A stretch of 64,000 nt of DNA from Longimicrobiales bacterium (GCA_050732635.1 JBOHRE010000001.1:5017-69016); one strand, 5' to 3'; shown: positions 40,640-51,331, counted from the stretch's first letter. Numbers and translations: made by a program. Notes: generated by a model not told the origin, from the sequence alone.

Positions 40640-41386
40640 TCAGTCGCCGGTCGATTCAGCGCTGTCATCCCCGACCGACGCCGGCGCGGCTGCCGCACCG
40701 GACGCCGCCGCGGCGTCAGCCTCGCCCAGCCGCATCTCGTAGACGTCGCGCTGCGGGTTGTCGGCCTCGGTCATCTCGATGAGCCGCTGGTACAGCTGTG
40801 CGGCTCCGGCCGCATCACCTCGGGCCAGACTCAGGCGCGCGGCCGCCGCCAGTCCCTCGCGCCGCTGGTACTCGTACTCGGCGTCGTCGCCGACCGCGCG
40901 GTACAGCTCTTCCGCGCGATCCAGGTTGCCGCTCTGCTCATACGCCGCGGCACGAAGCAGGCGCGCCGTCGCCGCCAGCAACGCGTCGCCGCCGGCATCG
41001 AAATCCTCGAGTACCTCGATTGCCGCCGTCGGCTGACCCTGCTGCAGCTGGAGCTGGGCGAGCAGAATCCCCGCCTCACCAGCCGCCTGTGTGCCACCGA
41101 ACCGGTCGAGGAACGTCTGCAGGTCGCGGATCGCCAGCGCCGAGTTGCCACTCGCAGCCGTCTGCCGGATCTCCAACAGCTGGGTGACCGCCAGCTCGTC
41201 GAGTCGCGCCTGGCGGTTCAGGTAGTAGACTCCGCTGATTGCGACCACTGCGACAACGACAGCGGTAATGATGACGATACGCGCGTTGCGCCGCGCCCAT
41301 TCCGTGAGATGGACCAGCCGGGCGATGAATGCGTCATCGGCCGCTTCAGGGCGGCGCCCGCGTGCGGCCGTCGGGTGTCGTGCCAT
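40640..41386 (-). CDS. membrane-anchored TPR-like protein (YfgM-like)
   Basis: One N-terminal TM helix (IVIITAVVVAVVAISGVYY), then Ala/Leu-rich TPR-like repeats. Confidence 0.5.
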   Translation of the reverse strand: MARHPTAARGRRPEAADDAFIARLVHLTEWARRNARIVIITAVVVAVVAISGVYYLNRQARLDELAVTQLLEIRQTAASGNSALAIRDLQTFLDRFGGTQAAGEAGILLAQLQLQQGQPTAAIEVLEDFDAGGDALLAATARLLRAAAYEQSGNLDRAEELYRAVGDDAEYEYQRREGLAAAARLSLARGDAAGAAQLYQRLIEMTEADNPQRDVYEMRLGEADAAAASGAAAAPASVGDDSAESTGD

Positions 41387-41585
41387 GAAGTCTTCGGTTG
41401 CGCGGGCGACGTCTCGGCGACGCCCCGCGACGTTTGGAGGTTTTGCCAGAATCGACTATGATAGCGCGTTTTTGGCATTGCGCGCAATCTGTGCAGCGCC
41501 GGCTACTAGCGGTTTCGCCGCCTCGCCGCACCGGCGATGGGAGCCGCCTGGGAGGCTTGGCGTATCGCTTGCAGCCGCGGACCGG

Positions 41586-43796
41586 ATGGTGACGGGCAAC
41601 CGGCCAGAGCACGAGGACGTGAACAGACCGAGGAGAGGCATCCAGCGCCTGCTGGCGATGGTCAGCGGATTGGTCGTGGTGCTCGGCGGCTGCACGCGCC
41701 TGCCCACGCCGGCGACCGGTCCATTGGCGGAGTACGGGGAGTACGAAGGCCGCGAGATCGCGGATGTTGAGTTCATCAACACGGATCCGTTCGCGGCCGA
41801 CACGCTCGAGCAGCTGATCGAAACGGAGGCGACGCACTGCTCGCTGTTCGGCCTGCCCTTCTGCGTTCCCTTCACCGACTGGGGCCGGGAGGAGCGGTTC
41901 CTCGACCTGGGCACCCTTGCCAGCGATGCGGTGCGGCTGGCGGTGTTTTACCGGCAGAGCGGATACTTTGGCACGCGTGTCCGACCGGGCGTGCAAGCTC
42001 GTGGCGACCTGGTTGCGGTGAGCTTCGCGGTGTTGAGCGGCGACCCCATCCTGCTCGACTCGCTGACTGTCGTCGGCACCGAAGGCATCCTCGATCCCGA
42101 CTCGCTGGTTGCGACGCTGCCCTTGCAGCCTGGCGCGATCTTTCACATCGGTGAGTTCTTCGCTTCGGCCGACACGGTGCTGAGCGCCCTGCGCGAGCGT
42201 GGGTACGCCTACGCGGAGCTGCTGCGCAACTACGGCGTGGACACGCTGCGCGACCGTGCGAGCGCCGAGCTGGTCGCGTTACCCGGGCCGCGCGTGATCG
42301 TGGACTCGATCATGGTCGTGGGCGCGAACAGCCTCGGTCGGAAGGCGACGCTGCGGCAGCTGGAGTTCAGGGAGGGCGATGTGCTGCGCGCGAACCGGCT
42401 CGTATCGAGCCAGCGCAACCTGTACCTCGTTGATCTCGTGCAGTTCGCGACGGTCGAGGTGGCGCCCGACTCACTGCAGGCGCAGCCAGGCGACAGCACA
42501 CGAGCCACGGTTCTGGTCACCGTTTCTGAAGGTCCCGTACACGTGGTGGAAGCGTCGGCGGGGTTCGGCAAGATCGAGTGCTTCCGTGTGGAGTCCGATT
42601 GGGTCAGCCGCAGTCTTCGAGGTGGCGGTCGACGGCTCGCCATCCACGGCGAGATGTCGAAGATCGGTCTGGGTGAGCCGACGCATCTCGGCAGCGTCGA
42701 GTCGTTCTGCAACGCGTTCGAGGGTGATGAGTTTGGCCGCGATCTCGATCACCGGTTGGCGGCGGATTACACGCAGCCGGGCTTTCTGAGCCCGCGCAAC
42801 GAGCTGGTCGCGACGATCTTCGACGAACGGCTTTCCGAGCCGGGACTGTTCCAGCGAGAGGCAACTGGTGGCCGCCTGGGCGTGGTCAGGCGGCTGCGCA
42901 CAGAGGATGTGATCAGCGGCGGCGTGAACGTGGAGCGAGGCAGGACCGGGGCCAAGCCCGCCTTTTTCTGCCTGGCGCTCGCGGTCTGTCAGCCCAGCGA
43001 TATCCTGCAGCTGTCCGGAGATCGCTGGCGCAACTCGCTCAATGCGACAATCGTGCGCGATCGCACGGACTCGCAGCTGAACCCGACACGCGGCTACCAG
43101 GTGCGCATGGACGCCGGCTGGGCGGCGCCCTGGCTGCGCTCCGACGTGCAGTTTGTCCGTTGGACCGGTGATATGGCCCGCTACACCAGGGTGCGCCGCA
43201 ACTGGATCGGCGCCGGGTATCTGCGGCTCGGCAGCTTCTTCGGCACGGCAACGGTCGTATCGGATCCGGGCGACCCGGACTTCCTGCCGCCCGAAGAGCG
43301 CTTCTTTGCCGGTGGACCGACCAGCGTACGGGGCTACGATCGCAACCAGCTCGGGCCCGGCGTGTGGATCGTGCCGCAGGCGCCGGATTCCGCGGCGCCG
43401 GTCCCTGACCCCGAGGCCGAGCCAGTGTTCGTCCCGGTCGGCGGAACCTCGGTGCTGGTGGGCAGCGTTGAGCTGCGCTTCCCTTCCCCCTGGCTCCGGC
43501 GTTATCTGAGCATGGCCACGTTCATCGATGCGGGTGCCGTCGGTACAGGCGAGCTCTGGGACATCGGGCTGGGCGAGCTGCGCGTGACACCGGGCTTCGG
43601 GATTCGCATCGCGACCCCGGTCGGTCCTGCCCGGCTCGATATGGCCTACAACCCTCACCGCCTGACCGCGGGACCGTTGCTGGTCACGAATCAGGAAACC
43701 GGCTCACTCTTCCGCGTGCGCGACAGCTTCCGGCCTGAAGGCGTGAGTTTCTTCGAACGCCTCAAGCTCCACGTTGCCGTGGGGCACGCTTTCTAG
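41586..43796 (+). CDS. tamA: Omp85-family outer-membrane protein, TamA/BamA-like
   Basis: Lipobox-like LGGC, POTRA-like repeats and a C-terminal surface-antigen barrel (FFAGGPTSVRGY...). It lies immediately upstream of tamB. The start is uncertain (41586 or about 41659). Confidence 0.75.
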   Translation: MVTGNRPEHEDVNRPRRGIQRLLAMVSGLVVVLGGCTRLPTPATGPLAEYGEYEGREIADVEFINTDPFAADTLEQLIETEATHCSLFGLPFCVPFTDWGREERFLDLGTLASDAVRLAVFYRQSGYFGTRVRPGVQARGDLVAVSFAVLSGDPILLDSLTVVGTEGILDPDSLVATLPLQPGAIFHIGEFFASADTVLSALRERGYAYAELLRNYGVDTLRDRASAELVALPGPRVIVDSIMVVGANSLGRKATLRQLEFREGDVLRANRLVSSQRNLYLVDLVQFATVEVAPDSLQAQPGDSTRATVLVTVSEGPVHVVEASAGFGKIECFRVESDWVSRSLRGGGRRLAIHGEMSKIGLGEPTHLGSVESFCNAFEGDEFGRDLDHRLAADYTQPGFLSPRNELVATIFDERLSEPGLFQREATGGRLGVVRRLRTEDVISGGVNVERGRTGAKPAFFCLALAVCQPSDILQLSGDRWRNSLNATIVRDRTDSQLNPTRGYQVRMDAGWAAPWLRSDVQFVRWTGDMARYTRVRRNWIGAGYLRLGSFFGTATVVSDPGDPDFLPPEERFFAGGPTSVRGYDRNQLGPGVWIVPQAPDSAAPVPDPEAEPVFVPVGGTSVLVGSVELRFPSPWLRRYLSMATFIDAGAVGTGELWDIGLGELRVTPGFGIRIATPVGPARLDMAYNPHRLTAGPLLVTNQETGSLFRVRDSFRPEGVSFFERLKLHVAVGHAF

Positions 43797-43798
43797 CG

Positions 43799-46700
43799 AT
43801 GCCGGTCAAACGCTTTCGCCGGTGGGTCACTGCATCGCAGGGTCGCGCGATCGCCGCGGGCATCGCCGCGATCGTGGTGGCGGTCGTGCTCATCATCGCC
43901 GTGGCCGTGACTCGCGACGACGCCGATCCAGCCATCCCTGAAGACGCTCTGGAGGCGGACTCGCTGCTGATGGACCAGCCGGCACTCGAGCTGGAGGCGA
44001 CGCGCGACGAGGTGGGTGGCTTCGAGCAACGCATCGCCGAGCGGCTCGCAGCCCGGCCGGCGCCGACCGGCGAGCTCGGCCCGGTGCTACGCGTGCGTCT
44101 GGCCGACGTCGATTGGCGCGACCGGGCGGGCCGGCCGTTCCTGCTCGCCGATGTCGCCGTTGCGCGCATGGACCATGACGCGTTCAAGGCCGGCCGCGTG
44201 GTGTTGTCCGACGTGACGCTCGAGGCACCACGAGTCCTGCTCGTTCGCGAGACGCCGAACGCTCAGTGGAACTACATACCGGTGCTTGGCTTCGACAGGC
44301 CGCCTCGAGCGCCGCGCGCCGCCGATGAGTTGCGCGGCTCTGCCGAGACCGGCGTATTCGTGCGCGCGCTGACCATGCGCAATGGCCGGGTCGAGATCCG
44401 GCTGCCGACCGAACGCTATGTGTTCACGGATCTCGCTGGCCGGGTCCCCGCGATCGACCTGCCCTCGGGCAATCGGGCTGCCGAGATCCGCATAGCAGCG
44501 CTCGAGTCCACGCTGGAGGTGCCGGCGGAGGATCGCGTGCTGCCCTTTGCCATCGCTGACGCCCGCTTGCTGCTCCCGGGCGGACGCGTCGACTTCACGA
44601 TCGGCGACGCCCGGCTCGCCGATACGCGCCTCGCCGCGCTCGAGGGCACCTGGGATCCGGATCTGCCGGGGCTCGGCCTGCGTGCAAGCGGCTTCGTCGA
44701 GCGCGTCGAGCTGGCCGACATCCGCTTCCTGTACGCCGATCTCCCCGAAGAAGGCACGGCCAGCTTCGCCTGGCGCATCGAGCCCACGGCCGCAGGCAAC
44801 GAGGTGACGGTCCGGGATCTGGCGTTGAGCTCCGGTCCGAACAGCGTTGCAGGCACCTTGGCATTCCGCTTCGGGGATGCTGGCTTCGCACTCGGGTCGC
44901 TCGATCTGCAGCTCGAGCCGCTGTCATTGGAGCTCGTCGAACGATTCCTCGATGAGCCGCTACCGTACACTGGCACGTTGCGCGGACGCGTCTATGGGGA
45001 CGCGGCCGCGCTGCGCTTCGACCTGGCCGCCGCCGTGCGTGCGCGGGGCACGGATCAGGACCTACGCACCGACGTGACCGGCCTGGCCGCGCTGGACAAC
45101 GGGGGGTTTCAGCTTCGCCGGCTGGAAGCGGATCTGCGGGACGCGCCGCTGGTTGCGCTGCGAGGGTTCCTGCCCGGCCTCCCCGTCGCCGGCACCATCA
45201 CGGGTCGGGTGACGCTGCTCGGACCGCCTGGCGAGACGCCGCTGGATGTCGACGTCAGCCTCGAACTGGCCGGTGGCACCGCGGCTGTGCGTGGTACGCT
45301 CGATCTCACGGGTGCCGTCATCGTGTATGATTTGACCGGCAGCCTCCTCGCGGTCGATCTGCAGCAGCTGGTGGAGCCGAGCGTGCCCCCGATCCTGCTC
45401 ACCGCCGAGTTTGCGCTGGCGGGAAGCGGAACCGATCCCGAGACCGCTGACGCGAGTCTTTCGCTCCGCGGCGATTTCGCCGGCTGGCAGACGGCGCCCG
45501 CTGACCATGTCGATCTGCGCGTTCGCCTCGCGGGCGGAATGCTGAACGTCGATACGCTGGACGCCGTCGTGGGCCCGCTCGCAGCCGAAGTGAACGGGGT
45601 TTGGGCGACGCGCGCCGATCGTGACGCCCCGGGACTCTCCTACCGCGTTGCAGTGACGACCCTGGCGCCGCTGGCTCCGTATCTGCCCTTCATCCCGGAG
45701 GACGCGACGGCCGGTGGTGCCGTCGATCTCGCAGGCCAGCTCCGTGGCAGTCTACAGCGGCCACAGTTCGTCGGTGACATGCAGCTCCGCGAAGTGCGCT
45801 ACGGTGATTGGGCGGTGGGTGCCGCCGAAGGGAGCTACGATGTCGCCCTCGGCGATAGCATCCCCGTGATTCATGTCGCGCTCGGCGCTCGCGGCATCGA
45901 GACGCCCACTGCCGGTGCCTTCGAGGCAGCATCGCTCGATGTGGCAGTGAGTCGCCCAACATTCAGCCTGGTGGGCCGCTTCGACAGAGTCATCGGCGGC
46001 GTCGGTGAAATCGAGCTCGAAGGACGCTTCCTTGATGCCGGTGCGAACGAAGCCGTCGTGCGCCACCTGCTCGTCGACCTGGGCGAGGACCGTTGGTCGC
46101 TTGCCGAGCCGGCACTCGTCACTTGGGGTGGTGTGCCTGGCGTGGTGGTCGAGGATCTGTTGGTCGAGTCCACGACCGGCGATGGTGAGCTGGCTCTCGG
46201 CGGCACTGTTTGGCCACTCGCCGATGCGGACGTTCGCTTCCGCCTCCGCGACCTGCCTGCTGGCGAGCTGCAGCAGATGCTCGGGCAGGAGCCCGTGCTG
46301 AGCGGTCGCATCTGGGCGGAGGGGTCGATCGTCGGCGGCGAGGCTCCCGTTGTGCTCGCCGATTTCCGCGTCGCGAACGGCAGTCTGCAGACGGTCGCAT
46401 TCGAGCTGCTCGAGGGCGCTGTCGAGTACCGTGACACGCGCGCCGACCTCACGCTCGATGCTGTGCTGGCGCCGGGCGGCCGGCTCGTCGCGGACCTCCA
46501 GCTGCCCGTCCTGTTCCGACTCACCGACGATCCCTCTTTCGGCTGGGCCGAAGCCGGAGCCCTCGCTGGAACGATCGAGGCCGACTCGCTGCCGCTTCAG
46601 CTTCTGTCCAATCTGCTGCCGCAGGTGCGCGATCCGGAAGGTTCGGCCGCGGGACGTGTGGTCCTGGCCGGCAGCGCTGCCGCCCCCGAGTTCCAGGGTG

Positions 46701-48013
46701 CCCTGCAGCTGACCGGCGGCGCATTCACGTTGCCGGCGCTGCGCCAGCGCTATACCGGCATCGAGGGGACGCTCAGCCTTGCCGACGAACGCGTAAGTGT
46801 CGATGACATCGTGATCCGGAGCGACGGCACGGCTCGCCTCAGCGGATCGATCGTTTTCGAGCAGCTCGATCGACCCATCGCGGACCTCGAGGTCGTGCTC
46901 GAAGGCTTCCGGCCGCTGGGAGTCGGGGATGTGGACCCGGCCGCAGTTTGGGGCACGCTGAGTGTGGACGGGCCGTTCAGCGCGCTCGTTCTCGGCGGCG
47001 ACCTGCGCGTCGATGACGGCACCATCGAGGTGCCCGACTTCGGATCGGACCCGTTCAGTCAGGAGATGCGCGACTTCGTTGAGGCCGGCGGCGACGCGAC
47101 CGCGGGGCTCGACGAGCCGGAGGGAGGCCTCGATTACGACATCCGTGGCATGACCGTGCGTTTTGGCAGCGCGACCTGGTTCGTCGTCAACACGCCGGAG
47201 ACCAGCGATGCGCGCGTTCAGCTAGGCGGTGAGCTGACGTTGTTCGGCTCCGGCGACGACCTGCGGATCTTCGGCACGCTCAGCGGCGAGCGCGGCACGT
47301 TCACGCTGACCGCCGGCCTGCTCGTGCGCCGGTTCGAGGTGCGCGAGGCGCAGATCCGCTTCTTTGGCGAGGCGGATCCCAACCCGCAGATCGATATCAT
47401 CGCCTCGCGCACGATCTACACGGCCGCGGGCGAGGAGATCGAGGTGCTCGCCAACGTGACGGGCACGGCCAGTCGGCCGCGCCTCTCGCTGGCGACCGCT
47501 CAGGGCACACAGATCCCGGAGTCCGAGCTGCTCAGCTTCCTCCTGTTCGGCCAGCCGAGTGGCGCATTGGGTGGCGGCCTGACCGGCACCGAGCAGCTGC
47601 TCGAGAGCACTCTGCTCGGTGGTCTCGCCGACTGGTTCACACTCGGTCTGGAGGAAGCCTTCATCGAGGAGCTCGGGCTCGACTACTTCCAGCTTCGCTT
47701 CGCCCAACCCACGCTCGGCGGCATCGGCGGCATCTTCGAGCAGCCCATGCTCGTCTTTGGCAAGGAAGTGAGCAGCGACGTTTTCCTGCGTGTGACGACG
47801 GGACTCGGCGGGCTTCTCGGCGCCTCCGCATCCTTCGAGGACGCATTCGGCATCGCCATCGAGTGGCGCATTGATCGGGAATGGCGTCTCGAGGGCGGCA
47901 TCGAGCCGACAGTGCGGCGGCGCCTCAGCCCTTTCGGTATCCGCCTCAACACGCCACTCTCCAATCCGGACATCCAGTGGTTCGTCGACCTGCGCCGGCG
48001 CTGGACGTATTGA
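43799..48013 (+). CDS. tamB: translocation and assembly module protein TamB (DUF490)
   Basis: 1404 aa with an N-terminal TM anchor, a long beta-rich body and a C-terminal DUF490-like segment (ESELLSFLLFGQP...). Confidence 0.8.
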   Translation: MPVKRFRRWVTASQGRAIAAGIAAIVVAVVLIIAVAVTRDDADPAIPEDALEADSLLMDQPALELEATRDEVGGFEQRIAERLAARPAPTGELGPVLRVRLADVDWRDRAGRPFLLADVAVARMDHDAFKAGRVVLSDVTLEAPRVLLVRETPNAQWNYIPVLGFDRPPRAPRAADELRGSAETGVFVRALTMRNGRVEIRLPTERYVFTDLAGRVPAIDLPSGNRAAEIRIAALESTLEVPAEDRVLPFAIADARLLLPGGRVDFTIGDARLADTRLAALEGTWDPDLPGLGLRASGFVERVELADIRFLYADLPEEGTASFAWRIEPTAAGNEVTVRDLALSSGPNSVAGTLAFRFGDAGFALGSLDLQLEPLSLELVERFLDEPLPYTGTLRGRVYGDAAALRFDLAAAVRARGTDQDLRTDVTGLAALDNGGFQLRRLEADLRDAPLVALRGFLPGLPVAGTITGRVTLLGPPGETPLDVDVSLELAGGTAAVRGTLDLTGAVIVYDLTGSLLAVDLQQLVEPSVPPILLTAEFALAGSGTDPETADASLSLRGDFAGWQTAPADHVDLRVRLAGGMLNVDTLDAVVGPLAAEVNGVWATRADRDAPGLSYRVAVTTLAPLAPYLPFIPEDATAGGAVDLAGQLRGSLQRPQFVGDMQLREVRYGDWAVGAAEGSYDVALGDSIPVIHVALGARGIETPTAGAFEAASLDVAVSRPTFSLVGRFDRVIGGVGEIELEGRFLDAGANEAVVRHLLVDLGEDRWSLAEPALVTWGGVPGVVVEDLLVESTTGDGELALGGTVWPLADADVRFRLRDLPAGELQQMLGQEPVLSGRIWAEGSIVGGEAPVVLADFRVANGSLQTVAFELLEGAVEYRDTRADLTLDAVLAPGGRLVADLQLPVLFRLTDDPSFGWAEAGALAGTIEADSLPLQLLSNLLPQVRDPEGSAAGRVVLAGSAAAPEFQGALQLTGGAFTLPALRQRYTGIEGTLSLADERVSVDDIVIRSDGTARLSGSIVFEQLDRPIADLEVVLEGFRPLGVGDVDPAAVWGTLSVDGPFSALVLGGDLRVDDGTIEVPDFGSDPFSQEMRDFVEAGGDATAGLDEPEGGLDYDIRGMTVRFGSATWFVVNTPETSDARVQLGGELTLFGSGDDLRIFGTLSGERGTFTLTAGLLVRRFEVREAQIRFFGEADPNPQIDIIASRTIYTAAGEEIEVLANVTGTASRPRLSLATAQGTQIPESELLSFLLFGQPSGALGGGLTGTEQLLESTLLGGLADWFTLGLEEAFIEELGLDYFQLRFAQPTLGGIGGIFEQPMLVFGKEVSSDVFLRVTTGLGGLLGASASFEDAFGIAIEWRIDREWRLEGGIEPTVRRRLSPFGIRLNTPLSNPDIQWFVDLRRRWTY

Positions 48014-48031
48014 CCCTTCGGCAGGGCCCGC

Positions 48032-49774
48032 ATGATCGTCGCACTCGCTTCGCTGCTCCTCCAGACCGCCGCCATGGCGGGGCCACACGCCGACTCGCTC
48101 GTGCGCGAAGCACGCCGCTTCGAGCGCGTGTACGAGCGCAGCGTCCGTTGGCACGCCCCACTCAGCCGACGCGGCGTCGCGCGCGACGGGTGCGATGAGA
48201 TCGTCGGCCGCTTCTGTTTGTTCTTCGATGGCGACGATGACGAATCCCCGATCCAGCCCGAGCCCATCGCGATCACCGGTGCTCGCCGCGCCGCCGTGAA
48301 TGCGCTGCGGCGAGCCTTCGGCGCCGCACCGGAGCACTCCGCCGTGGCGGCAGCACTCGTCCGCTACCTCGTCGAGGACCAGCGCGGCGCAGAGGCCGCC
48401 GCGGCGGCCCGCGCCTACATCTGGGCCAGCGCCGACACCGCATTCGGATCGATGCTGCTCGGCTTCGCGCTGCACGCGGCGGGTGACATTGTGGCAGCCG
48501 ACTCGGCGTTTACTCGTGCACTCGCGCTCATGCCACCGGACACAGTCCGGGCGATTGACGATGTGTCCTACCTGCTCGAACGTGACGAGCGCAGCCGCTA
48601 TCGCGCCCTGAGCGACGCCGATCGCGCCGCCTATGAACGGCGACTGTGGCACCTCGCCGACCCACTCCAGATGCTGCCGGGCAACGCCGCACGCACCGAG
48701 CACTACGCGCGGGCCGTATGGATCCGCCTGCTGCCCGAGGCGCCCTGGGTGCGCGGTATGATCTCCTGGCGCGCCGATCTCGCCGAGCTCACCGTGCGCT
48801 ACGGCGTGCCGATCTCCAGAGAACGCATCGCCGGCAGCTTTCGGGCCGACCTCGATCTGCTGGAACGCTACGACACGGCGCAGGTGACGCTGGTGCCGGC
48901 CGCCTTGCTTGGCGGCCAGGCGCTGAGCACGCCGGATCCCGGTGAACCGAGCCCGCTCGATCCGCCGCACCCGCGATCCGGACAGTCCCCCACCGACGTG
49001 CGTCGCCTGCTCTGGCTGCCGCACCAGCTCACTCGCTTCCCTGGTGCGCGCGGCGATCGTACCGTCGTGCGCGTCGATGCGGCGATGGCCCTCGATTCGC
49101 TCGCGCGCGATGCCGATAGCATCCGCGTGGCCCTCTTTGTCCTCGACTCCGCCTCACTCCGCATCGTTGCCGAGTCCCAACGAGGAGTCGCAGTCCGGGC
49201 GGACACGACGGCTTTTGCCCTCGAAGCAGAGGTCGGCCCCGGGAGCTACGTCTATCGCGTCGAAGCCTTCGAGCCCGAAAGCCGCCTCGCGACTCGTGCG
49301 CTGCATTCTCTGGCGATCGTATCGCCGCTCCCGCCGATCGCGCTTTCCGATCCGCTGATCGCACGACCCTTCGCTGGCTCCGCCGTGCCTGCGCAGCGAC
49401 GCGATCCAGCGTTGCGGCCGCGCGTGGAGTTGATCCTCGAAGCCGGCGCGTCGATCGGACTGTATGCCGAGCTCGTGAACCGGAGTGTACCGGCAGCCCA
49501 CGCGATCGAGCTCTCCATCGCACGCGAATCGGCCCACAGCCTGCCCGGCCGCGCCGTGCGTTGGATCGGTCGAGCCCTCGGCCTGGGCGCTGCCGACGCC
49601 GCACCGATCATCCGCTGGGAGGCCGCCGTGGACCGCCCACGCATGCCGCTCGCCGTGGATCTGGCCTTGCGCGATCTGGACGCCGGCCTCTACCGCATCA
49701 CCCTGCGCGTCGGCGACGGGACGAGCACGCTGGCCGAAACCTCGCGCATCGTTCGCATTGCGCAACGGCGCTGA
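48032..49774 (+). CDS. secreted hypothetical protein, possible GWxTD-domain family
   Basis: Signal peptide. RRLWHLADPL...NARTEHYARAVWI...ISWRADLAELTVRYGVP resembles the GWxTD motif context. This is a memory-based call. Confidence 0.35.
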   Translation: MIVALASLLLQTAAMAGPHADSLVREARRFERVYERSVRWHAPLSRRGVARDGCDEIVGRFCLFFDGDDDESPIQPEPIAITGARRAAVNALRRAFGAAPEHSAVAAALVRYLVEDQRGAEAAAAARAYIWASADTAFGSMLLGFALHAAGDIVAADSAFTRALALMPPDTVRAIDDVSYLLERDERSRYRALSDADRAAYERRLWHLADPLQMLPGNAARTEHYARAVWIRLLPEAPWVRGMISWRADLAELTVRYGVPISRERIAGSFRADLDLLERYDTAQVTLVPAALLGGQALSTPDPGEPSPLDPPHPRSGQSPTDVRRLLWLPHQLTRFPGARGDRTVVRVDAAMALDSLARDADSIRVALFVLDSASLRIVAESQRGVAVRADTTAFALEAEVGPGSYVYRVEAFEPESRLATRALHSLAIVSPLPPIALSDPLIARPFAGSAVPAQRRDPALRPRVELILEAGASIGLYAELVNRSVPAAHAIELSIARESAHSLPGRAVRWIGRALGLGAADAAPIIRWEAAVDRPRMPLAVDLALRDLDAGLYRITLRVGDGTSTLAETSRIVRIAQRR

Positions 49775-49787
49775 ACCGATCCCTCGA

Positions 49788-50582
49788 TCAGCGTCCGAGG
49801 TGCAGCGTGAAGCCAGCAACCAACCTGACGATGTTGGTATACGCCATCGGCTCGAGCCGGGTCGGGTCGGTGCTCGGCCGCATGCCTGTGAGCTGCACCA
49901 CGATGAGGTCCGACTCGATCGTCTCATCGGCGACCGGCCGGAGCGGTGTCCTCGACAGGTGGTCGCTCAGCTCGAAGAAGAGCGATACGCCCGCTGCCTC
50001 GAGCGGAACCGTCGCGCCGACACCGAACACGGCCGCCGGTTCCGTCTGCCGGCCTTGCTCGAGCCCGCCGCGCCCGCCGTTCTGCGGCTGCGGTGCATTC
50101 CCGAACGAATAGGACGCCACGCCTGCGCCCAGGAGCGCATAGGCGCGAACGCGGCTCCGTTGCAGTGGCAGGCTGAAGACGGCCGCGAGGTCGGCCACCA
50201 CGATGTCGAGATCGTTGAACGCGCCGGCCGAGGCATGGTGATCCGAGCCGTCGATCTCGCGCCAGTCGGCCGGATCCATGCGCACTTCGAGGCGGGATGG
50301 CGCATAGCCGAGCTGAACGCGCGCGCCCCAGGCCTCGTTCAGCCAGAATGCTGCGGCACCGCCGAAGACCGCCGTGGCCTCAGCGGCCAGCCTGCCACCG
50401 TAACGGCGTGCATCCGGCGCTGCCGCATCGGACCCGGCCGGCAGGATCCAGACGCCCTGGAAGCCACTCGACAGCAGCCCGCCGGAATACAGGGTGAGCG
50501 CAGGCGCCGGCCGTTGGGCCGCCAACGGACCGGCCACCAGAGCACTGCCCAGCAGCCAGGCGATCGCCAGCCTGCTCATCAT
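49788..50582 (-). CDS. putative outer-membrane beta-barrel protein
   Basis: Signal peptide MMSRLAIAWLLGSALVAGPLAAQ, then alternating hydrophobic beta-strand pattern with Gly/Ala-rich turns. The start is taken at the internal ATG. Confidence 0.4.
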   Translation of the reverse strand: MMSRLAIAWLLGSALVAGPLAAQRPAPALTLYSGGLLSSGFQGVWILPAGSDAAAPDARRYGGRLAAEATAVFGGAAAFWLNEAWGARVQLGYAPSRLEVRMDPADWREIDGSDHHASAGAFNDLDIVVADLAAVFSLPLQRSRVRAYALLGAGVASYSFGNAPQPQNGGRGGLEQGRQTEPAAVFGVGATVPLEAAGVSLFFELSDHLSRTPLRPVADETIESDLIVVQLTGMRPSTDPTRLEPMAYTNIVRLVAGFTLHLGR

Positions 50583-50643
50583 GACGGCCTCTCTTTCGCA
50601 GAGGCAGCCCAGCGCAATTGACGTTCCAGCCACCGACGGAGCG

Positions 50644-51300
50644 ATGCCCGTGGCGAAGCCTGTACCAAACGAGCGCGACTGCTGGCGTGGCCGGGACTCC
50701 ACGGCACCCTACGTCCCGGGGATACCGGAGTCGGTCCCACGGGTGCGCTCGCTGCCTGCGTTGTTCGCGGAGATGGCCTGCTGCACGCGGTGTGAGCTGG
50801 CACGCGGCCGCACTCGGGTCGTGCCTGGCGTCGGGCCCGTCCCGGCCGATCTCATGTTGATCGGCGAGGCTCCCGGCGCCCGCGAGGACCGCGAGGGTCA
50901 GCCGTTCGTCGGAGCCGCGGGGCGTTTGCTCGACGGATTGTTGGAACACGCCGGCCTCGAGCGCCCCGACGTCTTCATCACCAACATCGTCGCCTGCCGT
51001 CCTCCGGGTAACCGGACGCCTCGCGCGAAGGAGGCGGCCGCCCATGCGCCCTGGCTGGAGGCGCAGATTCGCCTGGTAAGACCGCGCGCCCTATGCGCGC
51101 TGGGCCGCATCGCGCTGACCTATTTCCTGCCGAAGGCGAAGATCACCGAGCTGCGAGGTCGCCCGTTGGGCATCGAACGAGACAGTGTGACGCTTCCGCT
51201 CCTCGCCACGTTCCACCCTGCCGCTGCCTTGCGCCGACGCGAGCTACTACCCTTGCTGGAGCAGGATTTCGCCGCACTCGCTGAACTGCTGGCGCGCTGA
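50644..51300 (+). CDS. uracil-DNA glycosylase, family 4
   Basis: CTRCELA, LMLIGEAPGAREDREGQPFVGAAGRLL and FITNIVACRPPGNR motifs. The start is the internal ATG at 50644. Confidence 0.85.
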   Translation: MPVAKPVPNERDCWRGRDSTAPYVPGIPESVPRVRSLPALFAEMACCTRCELARGRTRVVPGVGPVPADLMLIGEAPGAREDREGQPFVGAAGRLLDGLLEHAGLERPDVFITNIVACRPPGNRTPRAKEAAAHAPWLEAQIRLVRPRALCALGRIALTYFLPKAKITELRGRPLGIERDSVTLPLLATFHPAAALRRRELLPLLEQDFAALAELLAR

Positions 51301-51331
51301 GCGCGCCGCGACCGCAGTGCCGGCTGCGTCG

